Shown here one piece after another: positions 13,961-28,974 of a DNA stretch of 64,000 bases (within the stretch, counting starts at the first letter, position 1; the number at the start of each line of letters is the position of its first letter). Made by a program: the position numbers and the translations under genes. A model generated the notes under the pieces. It ran no database searches and was not told the DNA's origin. It saw nothing but the letters and a program-made list of their open reading frames with translations. This DNA comes from Eledone cirrhosa (taxonomy: Eukaryota). The stretch lies in contig OZ024743.1 in NCBI GenBank assembly GCA_964016885.1, forward strand, positions 40,734,001 to 40,798,000, read 5' to 3'.

Positions 13961-15408
13961 TTTATATATATATATATATTTCAGTTTATACCTGTATAAA
14001 TACAGAATGTGGAACTAAGACTTCACCAAAATATATAAATATATACAACGTATACAGGAATCTCATTTTTCAGCATTGACCCTCAAACAGTACTGGCATG
14101 CAAACATGCTAAAAGATAAAAAAAGAATCCCCGTAAATTGGAATATATGATAAACACCAATTTTGGAATCTAATTTGACCTTCAGCCGAAGGTGTGTGTA
14201 TGATTCAATGAACCACATTTCATCATATTTTAATTTATAGGGAAAATTCGTATACATTGGCAATACGTTTTGAGTACTTTCACCAATGAAAGATAAAAAC
14301 ATATTGTAACAACCCTGTCTGATATTCACAAAACATATCGGCAACTATATTCATGGAGGAAAATAGAGTAAAAAATATTTTTGCTTCGTTTCGTTGCGAA
14401 AATATATTCTTCTTCGTCATAGAGGCTACTCATATATTTATTATACATAAACGTAATATATATGTTCATATATGCTTTCATATACACATCTATTATGCTT
14501 AAACGGAGTCTTAGTCATACCACCAGAAGACTGGTATATAATCCTATCAACTACTTGGAATCATATATAACCACATGCTCTTAGAATTATTTAGAAATGG
14601 ACACAGTAATTTGCATATAATTAACGCTTGTGTTAGTAATTAATATATATGGTAAGATAATTCCTTAAGATATATATCTAATATGTAGGCAGGTAAACCT
14701 ACCAGATAATCCGAATTTCCCTATAAATATAAAACATAATATTTGAGATTCATACACATTGGTATAGTATAGATCTCACACTCTGTATTTAAAGAGAGAT
14801 AAATTCATCAAACAGTTCGGCTGGTGGCATACTTCTTAATGTATATCTTAATTAATTACAGCACGAGCAATAATTATGTAAAAATAGTATATCCATTTCA
14901 GTATAACACTAAGAGAGAATGTTTGTACATATCCATCAAATATATGTTTCGTTAGATGATGAGGCCCCAAAAAGATCCCAAAATCTATAAAATGTTTATC
15001 GTCTTTTCAATTTACAGGTAACTTCGTATGTCGTGGCATATTTACATGCCTAAATATTAGATATATGTATATACTTATATACATTGATGCAGTCTCGATT
15101 ACTACACTGTATTTGTACAAATGTAACTTTATAATACACATTAATATACATACAAACGTATGCAAATAGACACTCACTCACACGCACACACACGCACACG
15201 CACACACATACACACACACACCCGCACACACATACACATACACAAACATACGTACATACATACACACACACATACTCATGTTTATGAATCGGCACTAAAA
15301 TTCTTTAGTCTGTCTGTCACCAGAAACCACCTAATTGTTGTGTGTTCAACTTGTCTGTTAAATATATCTGAAAGTCATCAAGTACACAGAAAGAGAGAGA
15401 GGGAGAGA

Positions 15409-15454
<46 letters not shown>

Positions 15455-15465
15455 GAGAGAGAGAT

Positions 15466-15498
<33 letters not shown>

Positions 15499-15521
15499 GA
15501 GAGATAGATATATAGATAGGT

Positions 15522-15564
<43 letters not shown>

Positions 15565-15939
15565 ATCCAGTGGCTCTCTCCTTTCATTACCTTCGTCGCT
15601 AATTTTCCCATCCTCCACCATTTTCCAAACTCTCTCTTCCTTATGCACCCCACATTCTTTCTTTCTTTCTTTTTTTCTTTCTTTCTTTCTTTTTCTCTCT
15701 ATTTCCATATCTTCCTTTCTTTCATATACTCCGCCCTCTTCATTCTTTCTAGGAGATTCTATTCGTTGGTGTTTGTTTTGTCACTAATTATACAATAATT
15801 CTTACAAAACTGTATGTACTTAGAATGTCTCAAGTAAACTCATTTTACCTGTAGCTCACACTTGTCTCTCCTTCTTTCATTATCAATGAATCTGATAAAT
15901 ATAGAAGACGTACATACAAAATCATATATGTATGCCTGT

Positions 15940-15981
<42 letters not shown>

Positions 15982-16000
15982 GCACTCACATATATATACG

Positions 16001-16085
<85 letters not shown>

Positions 16086-16099
16086 CATATATATATATA

Positions 16100-16291
16100 A
16101 GTTTATCCCGGGTTCAATCGGAGGTAACCACAGTAAGTAAGTACTCATTACAAAGCAGAGTATACATTTTTAATATAGAAAGGTTTCTACAGGACTAGAA
16201 ATGTTTCATTCGGGAGAAATCATCAGGAACCCTGATGATTTCTCCCGAATGAAACAATTCTAGTCCTGTAGAAGCATTTCGATATTAAATA
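16100..16291. mobile_element. Family C fold-back cassette with two divergent hammerhead cores
   Basis: tttcattcgggagaaaTCATCAG-gaacc-CTGATGAtttctcccgaatGAAA; other copies at 20137-20220 and 37620-37817. Confidence 0.8.
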
Positions 16292-17351
16292 TATATATAT
16301 ATATATATTATGCTACAAACATACGCGCGCAGACACATATCTCTATGTAAGCATACATGTTCATTCATCTATCTACCTATCTATCAATTTCTTGTTCTCT
16401 CTCACTATTTAATTCTGCCTGGTTTGTACACCCACCCACACCAAAATAGAAAAGCGAGTGTATAATTGTGATTATGTGTATGATTAAAACCAACATAAGA
16501 AAGAGTACTGAATGCTGGATCTAAAGTATAATTAACGTAATCCAGCTGATGCGTTACAACACTGCACCAAACTGGTGGCTATAACTGATCGATCGTGAGA
16601 AAGACATTCGAAATTCAAGATAGTTTTAGGACGTCGCTGTTTCATCGGTTGATGGCACATGATGCAAAGACCATTATATCACAAAAAAAAAAAAGTAAAA
16701 AAAAATAAGTTAATATCAATTAATATGAAAACAATAATAAAAAATATAAAGTTTTCGTAAATGAATGCAACTGTACTTCACTTAATAGAATATTGATATT
16801 TTAGTTTACATTTTAAATATCGAATTTATTTGTAACGCAGGTGTCGGCTGCAGTTTCAACCAGTTTAAAAATTCAAAACGACAGACGCGCGAATATACTT
16901 TAAAGATTGAAGCTTATATTTATTTATTTCATAAAAAAAATCTTGACAGTGCTTCTATGTTAAGCTTTTCACATGCACATGGATGGCGGTAGCTATTGCT
17001 AACATTTGTACGCTTGCTTCAAAATAATGTAAATTAGGAGATATTGTATTAAGTTTTAGGAATACATTCTTCAGTCACTACTAAAATATTTATTGCACAA
17101 GGTGGTAGCAGGGAGATTATAATATATAGTAATTTAAAAACGAATTTAGTGATTGTGTTCTAAAAGTTTTGTCTGTTTCTCTGTATATGCTCATATTATT
17201 TACTGTGTATATTATTGTGTCATTACCCCGTACCAACACATTTGCATTGATTTCAAATACCCAGAGGTGTTGCTTATAAAGTTCTATTGTTTGCACCAAC
17301 AACACACTGTTAACTAATAGTTGGAATACTTGTTTCTGTTTACGGGAACAG

Positions 17352-17418
<67 letters not shown>

Positions 17419-17518
17419 TTATTTTAATAATTTTGAAAACCATACAATGCACTAATCATGATTGCTAAGATAACAAAAACAATCTTATCTTTCAAATTTG
17501 ATAAACCCAAATATGTTT

Positions 17519-17590
<72 letters not shown>

Positions 17591-17712
17591 TATATATATA
17601 TATAAACTAATGGGATAAGGATATAAATTTCCATAATTCCTTATGGAGTTGGAGAGGCACCGTCATACGGCGTGTTTAGGGCACTTTTAAGCCTGACGGA
17701 ACCCAACCTTCT

Positions 17713-17765
<53 letters not shown>

Positions 17766-17874
17766 TATCTCTCAGAGAAAAAAATGTTCCGGTTTCTCCT
17801 CCTTGGAATCCATTTTAGATTTCTGTTTGAGTTCCTTATATTATGAAGAAGGCAATATTTCAAGTCCTGAAATA

Positions 17875-17907
<33 letters not shown>

Positions 17908-17953
17908 GCGTGTGTGTGTATGTGTGTGTGTGTGTGTGTGTGCGTGTGTGCAT

Positions 17954-18011
<58 letters not shown>

Positions 18012-18548
18012 ATAAGTCTTTGTATTTATTTGTATGTAGTTTTTTCTTTGTATAGTTATTCCATTATGTATCTCTGCCTATTATATATCTGTATATCTCG
18101 CTTCATTGCATTCAGCAACAACATTATATATTTTTACACAGATACATCAATGTAATTTCTTATGATATATATTATATTCAAATTAAAAAGAAAACTCAGT
18201 ATCCCTATAATACTTTGCTCTCCAATCAGTATTTTTTCCTAACCAACCCTATACCCATCTCTCTCTCATTCATTTTCATACATACTTCATTCTGTTTCAT
18301 ACACATACATCGCTTATTACACAATCCATTCCCATCTGTTTACCTACGTTTGTATTTGATATGGAGATACCTATATGTTCGTATGCTTATACATATGTTG
18401 AGATGTATGCTACATACATGCACATACACACATACACACACGTATATATATATTAATACACTCACATGTGATTTCTCTCACTCTGTCTCACGCTTGTCTC
18501 TCTCATCTAGCTAGCTATCTAACTACATATATGTATATATATATATAG

Positions 18549-18943
<395 letters not shown>

Positions 18944-19001
18944 TACTTTCACTTGTGTAGGACACCTCGGTTATTTTTCATATTGTAAAAAAAAACCTCA
19001 C

Positions 19002-19068
<67 letters not shown>

Positions 19069-19383
19069 TATATACATACATCTGTTCGATCATGAATACC
19101 ACGAGCTTGCCAGTCACGTAAGTCTGATATTTGATTTCATATTCATAGAAACACTTTAAATATTTAACGTTTGATTTGTCCAGGTGTATATTTCTCAACC
19201 TGTTAGTTCTTTCGTTACTTTGGTATTGTGTGTTAGATTTTGCCTACCACAATGTTCGATTTGTCAAGCTATTTAAACGTATGTTATTACTCTAAGGACC
19301 TACCTTATCGAGTGTTTTGCTAACTCATTATTTCATATAGTAGGCCGAATTTGCTTGCAAACCGCCAGATTATCCAATTATAT

Positions 19384-19440
<57 letters not shown>

Positions 19441-19442
<2 letters not shown>

Positions 19443-19950
19443 AACAATTAAGTTAAAAATGTACATCCACATATGTATACTGAAATACTAGTATGCATAT
19501 GAATACACACACGTATACATATGTAGATGTACCGAGTTTTTCACTGGTCACTTTACTGTGAGTGTCCAGCTATTCTGTATGTAAACACACAGACAAACCG
19601 GTTTTTAAAGTCATACTGGTTTTTGAGGAAACACCTTTCCTCTATTCTCCAGAAAGCTAGAAAGGCCGGAAGATAGGTAAATGTTGCTGATGAGTTGTAA
19701 CAACAACGAAACTAGTTCAATATTCCTTGTCTGGCTTTCTGGAGAATAGAGGAAAGGTGTTTCCTCAAAAACCAGTATGACTCTAAAAACCGGTTTGTCT
19801 GTGTGTTTACATACAGAATAGCTGGACACTCACAGTAAAGTGACCAGTGAAAAACTCGGTACATCTACATATGTATACGTGTGTGTATTCATATGCATAC
19901 TAGTATTTCAGTATACATATGTGGATGTACATTTTTAACTTAATTGTTTA
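19441..19950. repeat. Fold-back with about 220-bp near-identical arms and a 68-nt loop
   Basis: taaacaattaagttaaaaatgtacatcc... is the reverse complement of ...ggatgtacatttttaacttaattgttta. Confidence 0.92.
19681..19723 (+). ncRNA. Minimal type I hammerhead ribozyme with intact core, in the loop of the 19441-19950 hairpin
   Basis: atgttg-CTGATGA-gttg-taacaa-caac-GAAA-ctag-TT-caatat. Confidence 0.88.
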
Positions 19951-20021
19951 AGCGTCAGTCATACAAAAGTGAGTTACAAACGAAACGAAATTTAATTTCG
20001 TTTCGTTATTTGTTTTTATAT

Positions 20022-20135
<114 letters not shown>

Positions 20136-20214
20136 GTTATTCCGGGTTGAATAGGAGGTAACCAAAGTGATGATTTCTAAAGAATGAAACAGTTCTAATC
20201 CTGTAGAATCTCAC

Positions 20215-20273
<59 letters not shown>

Positions 20274-20429
20274 TAAAATAACAGATTAAAGTTTAAGCAA
20301 AGAATCGCTGCTTTCACCCTTAACGGGATCTTCTGAAACTAACATAGTCAATCTGTAAACGCAGAACTGGATATTTAAAAAAACGTTGCAACCGGAGGAA
20401 GACAGGAAGACGATACTTTGGTTCGTGAT

Positions 20430-20700
20430 AACGTTCGCTGGCAAAGAACGGGAAAAAACGAATAATACGTCATTAATAGGAGCGGTGAAAAACAATTACG
20501 CGCAAAGACAAAACCACGTTTATGGTATAAAAGAGGTCGTAGACTAATGTTCTCTTAGGTGGTGCATAGAGACGTTCTCTGGCAATGAACGAAAAAACGA
20601 AGATAATAAGTCATATGTGGAGCGTGGAGAACAATAGCACGCAAAGACAAAACCACGTAAATGGTATAGCAGAAATCGTAGACTAAAATTCTAACTAGGA
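20430..20700. repeat. Diverged tandem duplication, period about 143 bp
   Basis: acgttc.ctggcaa.gaacg...cgcaaagacaaaaccacgt...tcgtagactaa occurs twice. Confidence 0.8.
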
Positions 20701-21126
20701 GACCAAATGAATCTCTGCTACAGAGTTAAGAACAAAGTAAATAAATACAATACAGAAGTAATAGAAACAAATAAATACATACACGCAAACAGATACGTAC
20801 ATACACAAGCATACGCAAAACCTTACCATGGGTATACAAAACCACGGACATATAAATATGTGTGTGTGTGTATGCTTGTGTACAAATAAATAAATAATTA
20901 TATAAACGTATATAAGTAAATAAATACGTATATAACAAGCGCACACGCATACCTACATATCAATACACGAATGTTCGGAGACGCAAGTCAACTAAAACAA
21001 GAAGTACACATATACACACACCCACCATACGTACGAACCTGCGCACTCACGCGGACGCAAAACTCCCGTATACACATAGCCAAACCCTAAATACCAGAAT
21101 ATGTAAAATTTATACGCTATAACAGT

Positions 21127-21262
<136 letters not shown>

Positions 21263-21263
21263 G

Positions 21264-21295
<32 letters not shown>

Positions 21296-21299
21296 TGCA

Positions 21300-22322
21300 A
21301 AAGGGATATTTAATTTGTTGATAATTCATCAAATATATATATTTATAACTGATTCGAAGCACTCGACAACTTTTCTGGAGTATAATATCAATGATATTAA
21401 TAAATGGAAACTATATTTATAAAACCATATTTATTCTATTTTTTATATATTTCAAGAGTACTGTAGTGACCTACATTCCGCGGGCTCACATACATTCTCT
21501 GTGCCTGATTTGGCTCAGCTCAGCTAATCAGCGCCAGTAGAAGAGGATGTATCCCTACGCGTTCTAAGGGAGAAATAGCCCGCAAAGATTTGAGGACGCC
21601 ACCACTTCCAGGCTGATGTTAATAAATAATGTAAAACCAAGCTAAAGTCGTTGTTGATATTCCAATCATATCTCTCTACTAAACCTGGTTCCTCGTGGCG
21701 ACATTACAACAACTTCTGAAATATACTTCTCCGCTAAATCTGGTGACGACACATCTTTCACCAAATTGGTGACAATATACCTCAACCAAATTGGTGACTT
21801 ATATATATAAACAAAGAAAACCATTCCTTTCCTTGAGTACCAACACTTTGGTACGCACTCATCAGATAAAATAGAAAGTTTGTTTAATATATTATAACTC
21901 ATAATTTAGATAAATATTATTTTTTAATTCTGGAACATATTCCACCATTCCTACAAACTGTTAATTCTTTTTAAATTCACGTAAATACAAGCTTTTCTTT
22001 CTTTCATTTCTTCTTCCTACGCATACATATATCCTAATAATTACCTAGCTTCTAAAAATAACTTTTTTTCAGCCCTATACCTCAACCTCATTTGCATATT
22101 CATCTTAATAATTTGAAATATGTGATTTTTCCTCTCTTTCCATTTACTATCCTGGAAAAACTTGAACGGTTCAGATCTCATTCCTGGTTATGTCAATATT
22201 GATAAAACAAATTTCGTATTTTATCTGATGAGTGCGTACCAAAGTTTTGGTACCCTTTAAATATATATAATAGAATAAATATGGTTTCATAAATATAGTT
22301 TCCATTTATTAATATCATTGAT
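21300..22322. mobile_element. Family A-related PLE 3' end with nested inverted pieces; hammerhead cores at about 21830-21875 (minus) and 22217-22278 (plus, GAAA mutated to TAAA)
   Basis: tattttat-CTGATGA-gtgcgtacca..tggtac; 21385-21455 is the reverse complement of 22250-22322. Confidence 0.75.
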
Positions 22323-22431
22323 CATGTATACTGTCAAACTGATATATTTCTGTTATGTCTTTTGCTTTGTTATTTCTGTCTACCTTTTACATATTCGCAT
22401 GTATCTATGCTATGTATGTATGCATATACAC

Positions 22432-22509
<78 letters not shown>

Positions 22510-22994
22510 GAGTGTGTGCGCGCACCACACACACACATACACATACACACACACACATATATATATACATACAACACATATGTACCTATATACAAGCCAA
22601 CATAAAACCATCCATTCGTACATCCATACATATACAAACACAAGCAGACGAATGGATGTTACCAAGACATAACATGCATATATCTATATATATTAAGATG
22701 CAATACAGCAGCGACATGATATAACATTTATTTCCTCCCATTTGCGACTCATTCAGTCAGCCAGTCAGTTAGTTGGTCTTCTTTGTACAAGAATTTCTTT
22801 TGTTATTCAACTCAGTTGTAGAAACCATTCATAGATTCCTACAGAACCTGCCAACAGTTCCAACAACTACCTGTATTTTGTTATCACTCCCCACCATCCT
22901 ACTCTTTGCTCTCCCTACTCTACCTTATATATGTTAGTAGTTATTTACTATACACCCATCCTACATCCTCCTCTTCCTGATCCTTATACTATCC

Positions 22995-23039
<45 letters not shown>

Positions 23040-23083
23040 CACACATATATAGAAATATATATATACACACACACACACACCCG

Positions 23084-23134
<51 letters not shown>

Positions 23135-23355
23135 TGTTGTTGTGTATTCATCCCCACCTCTTTCTTTTCTTATGTATAATTTTTTACATAATTTTTTGCT
23201 TTATTTCTATATTTCTTTTTTTAGAATTATTATTTTTGTTTGTTTCTATGTTTTATTTGGTTTTTATTCTTTGTTTCTACAGTTGTTTTCTTTGTTTTTA
23301 GTTTTGTTACTTTCACTTTCACTTCCGATATTTTTCTCGCACTTCTGATTTGACA

Positions 23356-23636
23356 CAGCTGCTGCTACTAGAGTTGCTGCTGCTGTTACACGTGCTGCTG
23401 ATACTAGCGTTGCTGCTGCTGTTACTATTGCTGCTGATACTAGTGCTGCTGCTGCTAGTAGTGTTGCTGCTGCTAATAGTGATGCTGCTGTTGTGCTACT
23501 ACTAGTGCTATTGCTACTAGTGTTGCTGCTGTTGCTGCTACTACTAGTGCTGCTGCTGTTGTTGCTGCTGCTACCAGTGTTGCTGCTGCTGCTGTTGATG
23601 CTGCTACTAGTGTTGCTACTACTGCTACTATTATCG

Positions 23637-23690
<54 letters not shown>

Positions 23691-24094
23691 GTTGTACTGC
23701 AACTACTACTACTACTACTGCAACTACTACTACTACTACAACTTCTTACTACTACTACTACTACTACTACTACTGCTGCTGCTGTTACTACTACTACTGC
23801 TGCTGCTACTATTTCTGCCTCCTTCATCGTCATCTTAGTCTTTCCTTTCTCTTCATTTATCATTACTTTTATTCATCCTCATCGTTTTCATCTTCCATCC
23901 TTCTTTCTTTTGTTTTGTTTCACTTTTCTTCTTCCACTTTTTTTTATATACTTTTTTCTTTTCCACATGTGGATTCTCTTCTTCTTCTTCTTCTTCTTCT
24001 TCTTCTTCTTCTTCTTCTTCTTCTTCTTCTTCTTCTTCTTCTTCTTCTTCTTCTTCTTCTTCTTCTTCTTCTTCTTCTTCTTCTTCTTCTTCTT

Positions 24095-24166
<72 letters not shown>
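23356..24166. repeat. Compound triplet microsatellites (GCT/CTA)n, (CTT)n, (TTA)n
   Basis: Direct reading; explains the poly-L/F/S ORFs. Confidence 0.95.
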
Positions 24167-24168
<2 letters not shown>

Positions 24169-25239
24169 ATTCCTTTATTTTTAACCCACCCCACCCACAA
24201 CGTCTTTTCTACATGTATTGCTGCTTCCTTTGTTTTCTCTTGTATTTGTATTTTTATTTTATTTTATTTTGTTTTATTTTATCCATACGTCTTTTTTTTT
24301 TCATTCTCTTCTTCACTTGTTCATCTTCCACCATTCTTTTCATGACATCAAAATATGCTCATTCTGAAACATTTTCAGTTAAATCATGTATAATGTCAGA
24401 TGTTTTCATCGTTTTTTCTAGTATATTACATGATTTTCTTATTTTTGGAATGTATTTTATGGAAACGTCTTTTTTTTCTATATTCTTTCTTCTGTCTCTG
24501 CCTTTGTCAAGAACATGGAATAAAATGTGGTCACATCGTGATTCTGCTGATTACCTGCATTGTCAAACTCTTTAGGAAGGCACCGCATGCATCATGTGAC
24601 CTATTGAGGCTGACACAAGTTTCCGGAAAAAAGGTTTATGTGTGTGTATGTGTATGTATATATTAATATATAAATGTATGTGTTTCTCTGTTTCGGTCGG
24701 AAGTGTTGTGTAGGTGAATATATATTAATCAATATGTGAATATCGTTTAAAGATATATCCTATCATAATTAGATATGCATTTAATATATAAACATACGAT
24801 TATTTATACTATCCCCACACTACACACCCATATACGTGTATATATATATAAATATATATATATATATACGTGTGTTTGTGCGTGTGCATGTGTATAACCT
24901 CTAAAATGGGTCTCTTTTTGACGCCAGGGCTTGCTATAATTGAATACTATCACATTAAAGTGGCGAGTACATATTTGAATAGTAGTATTATTAGTCGTTT
25001 GAAGACCAGCGAGTGGAATTGGCTCCTTTCAATGGCTTTCAACACAGGCGTCGATTTATCTTCGGAATCTTTGACATATTTTGCATTGCCTGGTGTGGCA
25101 AGCAATTTCGGAAAAAGTCAAAAGGAGACAATAAGGAACTTCAATACTTTTTTAGAACAATCTGGAACGAATAATGGAAGGGTCTGCCTCGGCAGGTACC
25201 TTTAGGTACCACAGCTTGGGCCCAGTCATCGTCTAGCTA

Positions 25240-25800
25240 GTGCGAGCAAGTTTAAGCCTTTGAATATTGATTGAGTGATGGAATGTTGGCACTTTATTAG
25301 ATCCTATAACAAACCCCGAAAGTAGATAAACACTGGCCGCTAGAGAGCTGCGGCGATAAAATCTGAACGTAATGACCTTTACTGAAACGAGATTCATCGA
25401 AGATAACCACTTCACGGAACAGTTCGCTGGTTACCTTTTATTGGAGAGTAAATGTCGTCACATTTTCCGTTAAGAATTATTTGGTTCTTACACCGGAAGA
25501 GATTCCATGTGTATTAATTGATAACCTAATATTAAAGAAAATTCCATTATCAACTAATATGTTTTTCACCAGCGAATATACTCTCCAACTGTTTCTTTCA
25601 CTGAAAATGTAAAACCCCCTTTTATTATCTCACTGAAGGAATTTGTCCACACTATTCGTCAGGTTGACAAAGGAGTTATTCTAGGTGATTTAATGCTAGT
25701 TTTAGCAAGGATTATGAAATCTTAGATGAACTCGGAAAACATAGAGTTGGAATATGCAATAGCAATGATTTGCTGCTGCTACAATTGTGTCAGGAGCTGG

Positions 25801-25802
<2 letters not shown>
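25240..25802 (+). mobile_element. Decayed RTE (BovB-like) LINE 5' region encoding an APE endonuclease
   Basis: Frameshifted translation WNVGTLLD, LAARELRR, TETRF, IYSPT, DKGVILGD/FNA, GKHRVGICNSNDLLLLQLCQEL. Confidence 0.8.
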
Positions 25803-25872
<70 letters not shown>

Positions 25873-25942
25873 ACAGACACACATACACACACACATACAT
25901 ACACACACAGACATATATATATATGTATATGTACATATATAT

Positions 25943-25997
25943 ATGTAAGTATGTATGTATACGTACATAAATATATGTATACAGACGTACAGTAGCA

Positions 25998-26041
<44 letters not shown>

Positions 26042-26104
26042 CAGGTACACATACATATATGTACGTATCAGTTTAGCGTACATATATGTATGTGTACCTG
26101 TATG

Positions 26105-26141
<37 letters not shown>

Positions 26142-26199
26142 GCATGCTACTGTACGTCTGTATACATATATGTATGTACGTATACATACATACTTACAT
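25943..26199. repeat. Fold-back duplication of microsatellite-rich host-like sequence
   Basis: acagacgtacagtagcatgc / gcatgctactgtacgtctgt and tacaggtacacatac / gtatgtgtacctgta around the loop tatcagtttag. Confidence 0.85.
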
Positions 26200-26262
26200 T
26201 TAAGTAAGTGCCGTACTAAGAGTGAGAAATGAAATTTCGTTTTCATTTTATTACAACTTACA

Positions 26263-26293
<31 letters not shown>

Positions 26294-26314
26294 GCATATG
26301 TATATATATATATA

Positions 26315-26591
26315 TAGAATAGAAAACGAAAAATCAGTGATGCATCTGAACTCAATTTATTGTGTGTTACAATTGTTTCGCCGCCGGACAGCTCGAGACG
26401 CGACCATTGTGTGGATCTGTCTGATTCTGAGAGAATCTGCTCCGACACCATTAGTCGTATCCGTCGAGCCTGCGGGTCCAGAATAACACAGATCCACACA
26501 ATAAACGCGTCGCGAGCTGTCCGCCGGGGAAACAATTGTAACACAATAAATTGAGTTCAGTTACATCACTGAGTTTTCGTTTTCTATTCTA
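26315..26591. repeat. Fold-back cassette with about 115-bp arms and a hammerhead 3' half
   Basis: tagaatagaaaacgaaaa / ttttcgttttctattcta; GAAA-caattg-TA-acacaat at 26530-26548. Confidence 0.85.
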
Positions 26592-26700
26592 TCATACTCT
26601 GCTCTGTAAGAGCATAGAGTGCTCAACCGGCATATCGCCTATGGAAGCATCTTAGCTACCACCAGACACACGCACACACATATACACAAACACACACACG

Positions 26701-26837
<137 letters not shown>

Positions 26838-27758
26838 ATATATATATATATACAAACAAGATATAGACATTTTTCCTTCGTCAGTTGCCTACTATGACAA
26901 TACATGTATCCGTAACGCGCCCATAACTTATCATCCGCTACTTATGAAGATAAGGAAAGACGAAAAAGAGGCGATAGAAAAGAGAAAAAAAGAAAGAATG
27001 AGAAAAACCTACCGTTGCAAAGGGGAAACATAGGACAATGGCAAATGCAAGTAAGTAACCGGTTGGAGAGAGTGGACTCAGTCAAAAAAAAAAGGCAGTT
27101 GGTTTTAAGCTTAGTGGCTTTATTAACAACGAGAGAGCTGAGAGAAACCCGTCTATTCTCGGTGAGAACAGCTTAAATAGAGAGGGAGACGAAGGAAACG
27201 GAAGTGATAAGGAGGAAGAGAGAAGGAGAGGAGAGAGAGAGAGAGAAGGGATGAATGGGTGGAGAGAGATAAATAGAGGGAAGGGGAGGAGAAGGGAAAG
27301 GAGTTAATAAAAAAAAGTGGTAGGACATAGGTCTGACAAGGAATAACAAAAAAAAAACCAAAACAAAACAAACTAGACCGACTGAGAGGATGGAGCGAAG
27401 GTTACAGCAATAAATACATAAATATGGATTGAGAGGGACGAGGCTGCGTGGTTACTGATACCGAACACCAACAAGAGATGGGCATTTTTCCTTGATCAGT
27501 TGTCTACTACGGGTCATGGAGGTTTCATCACATTATAGACAATACATCTATCCGTAGCGCGCCCATAACTTATTATCTATGGATATAGATGAATGTAAAA
27601 CGAAATAAGGCAATAACTGGAGTGACAAGAATGAGAAGCCATTTGATCTAGTATTTTTACCTATAATCTTTAAGGAATCATTAAAATAACGTTTTCTACT
27701 ATAAGACCTGTCGTTTTGACGGGCAATATGCCAGTATATATATATATATATATATATA

Positions 27759-27903
27759 GAAGTGGTTACACAACAGATAGTTCACCATACCGAGAACAAT
27801 TGTTCTCGGTATGGTGAACTAACTGTTGTGTAACCAATTCTACCTAACTCGTCCCATGGACTGAATGCTCTACCACCACGGATATTACCTTCCAGTGTTC
27901 TAC

Positions 27904-27907
<4 letters not shown>
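27759..27907. mobile_element. Family F cassette folded back exactly on the palindromic stem III (aacaattgtt)
   Basis: ttcaccataccgagaacaattgttctcggtatggtgaa; 3' tail shared with 34060-34158. Confidence 0.85.
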
Positions 27908-27985
<78 letters not shown>

Positions 27986-28320
27986 AAAGGTTAATTGGCA
28001 AAAGAAAAGAAGGAGAATCACAGCCGTCACGGGTGATATCGTAATATTTGCAACAAGTTAAAAAAACTTCGCGCTCATTGACCTTTGAAAGCGACGTACA
28101 CAGCTTCGGTATTTTCCGACGTTTCTGCTGCGCTATTGAGGTAACAGGGTCTGACAAAGTAGTCAAACCTGAAAGTTAAGATGAAAAAAATTTACAAGTA
28201 CAGAACTAATTGTACGATATTTATGTGACGAAAAGAACCAGTTTGATTTAGAGTGAATGAAACATACAGAGAAAGTTACGCAGAGAGTCTTACATTTTGG
28301 ATGGATTTAACACCCCCTCC

Positions 28321-28377
<57 letters not shown>

Positions 28378-28834
28378 AGAGAATAAACACCCATTCCATA
28401 CATTTCAAATAATATTTATTTTAAGTATTGAATTTTTTACTTTCACTCTGCATAATCTTATATTTTTCGGTTCCATACTGGCGAAGGAAAGAAACCATAA
28501 TTACAGGCATGAAACATGTGATTTGTAACCGGAAACAAATGAAAATGCTTGGTATCGGCACGTGAAAAAGAAGCAATATGAATATTATAGGTAAAGATAA
28601 CCTATATGGTTGTGAAAAACAATTGTATAGTGAATGTCAGACTATTACCATTACGTAGGTGGTGTTGTGATGCTTCAAGATAACATGAATTGAAGCAACA
28701 AAACTAAAGATTATAATGGGTGTCAACAGTTACATACACTTATATATACATGTGTGTATATATATATACACTTATATATATATATATATATATACACCCA
28801 ATCATTATAAACACACACGCACAAGCACTCGACT

Positions 28835-28974
<140 letters not shown>

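Noticed and set aside
23264-24575. 360-aa and 199-aa poly-L/F/S ORFs
   Set aside because: Triplet microsatellite artefacts with no domain content
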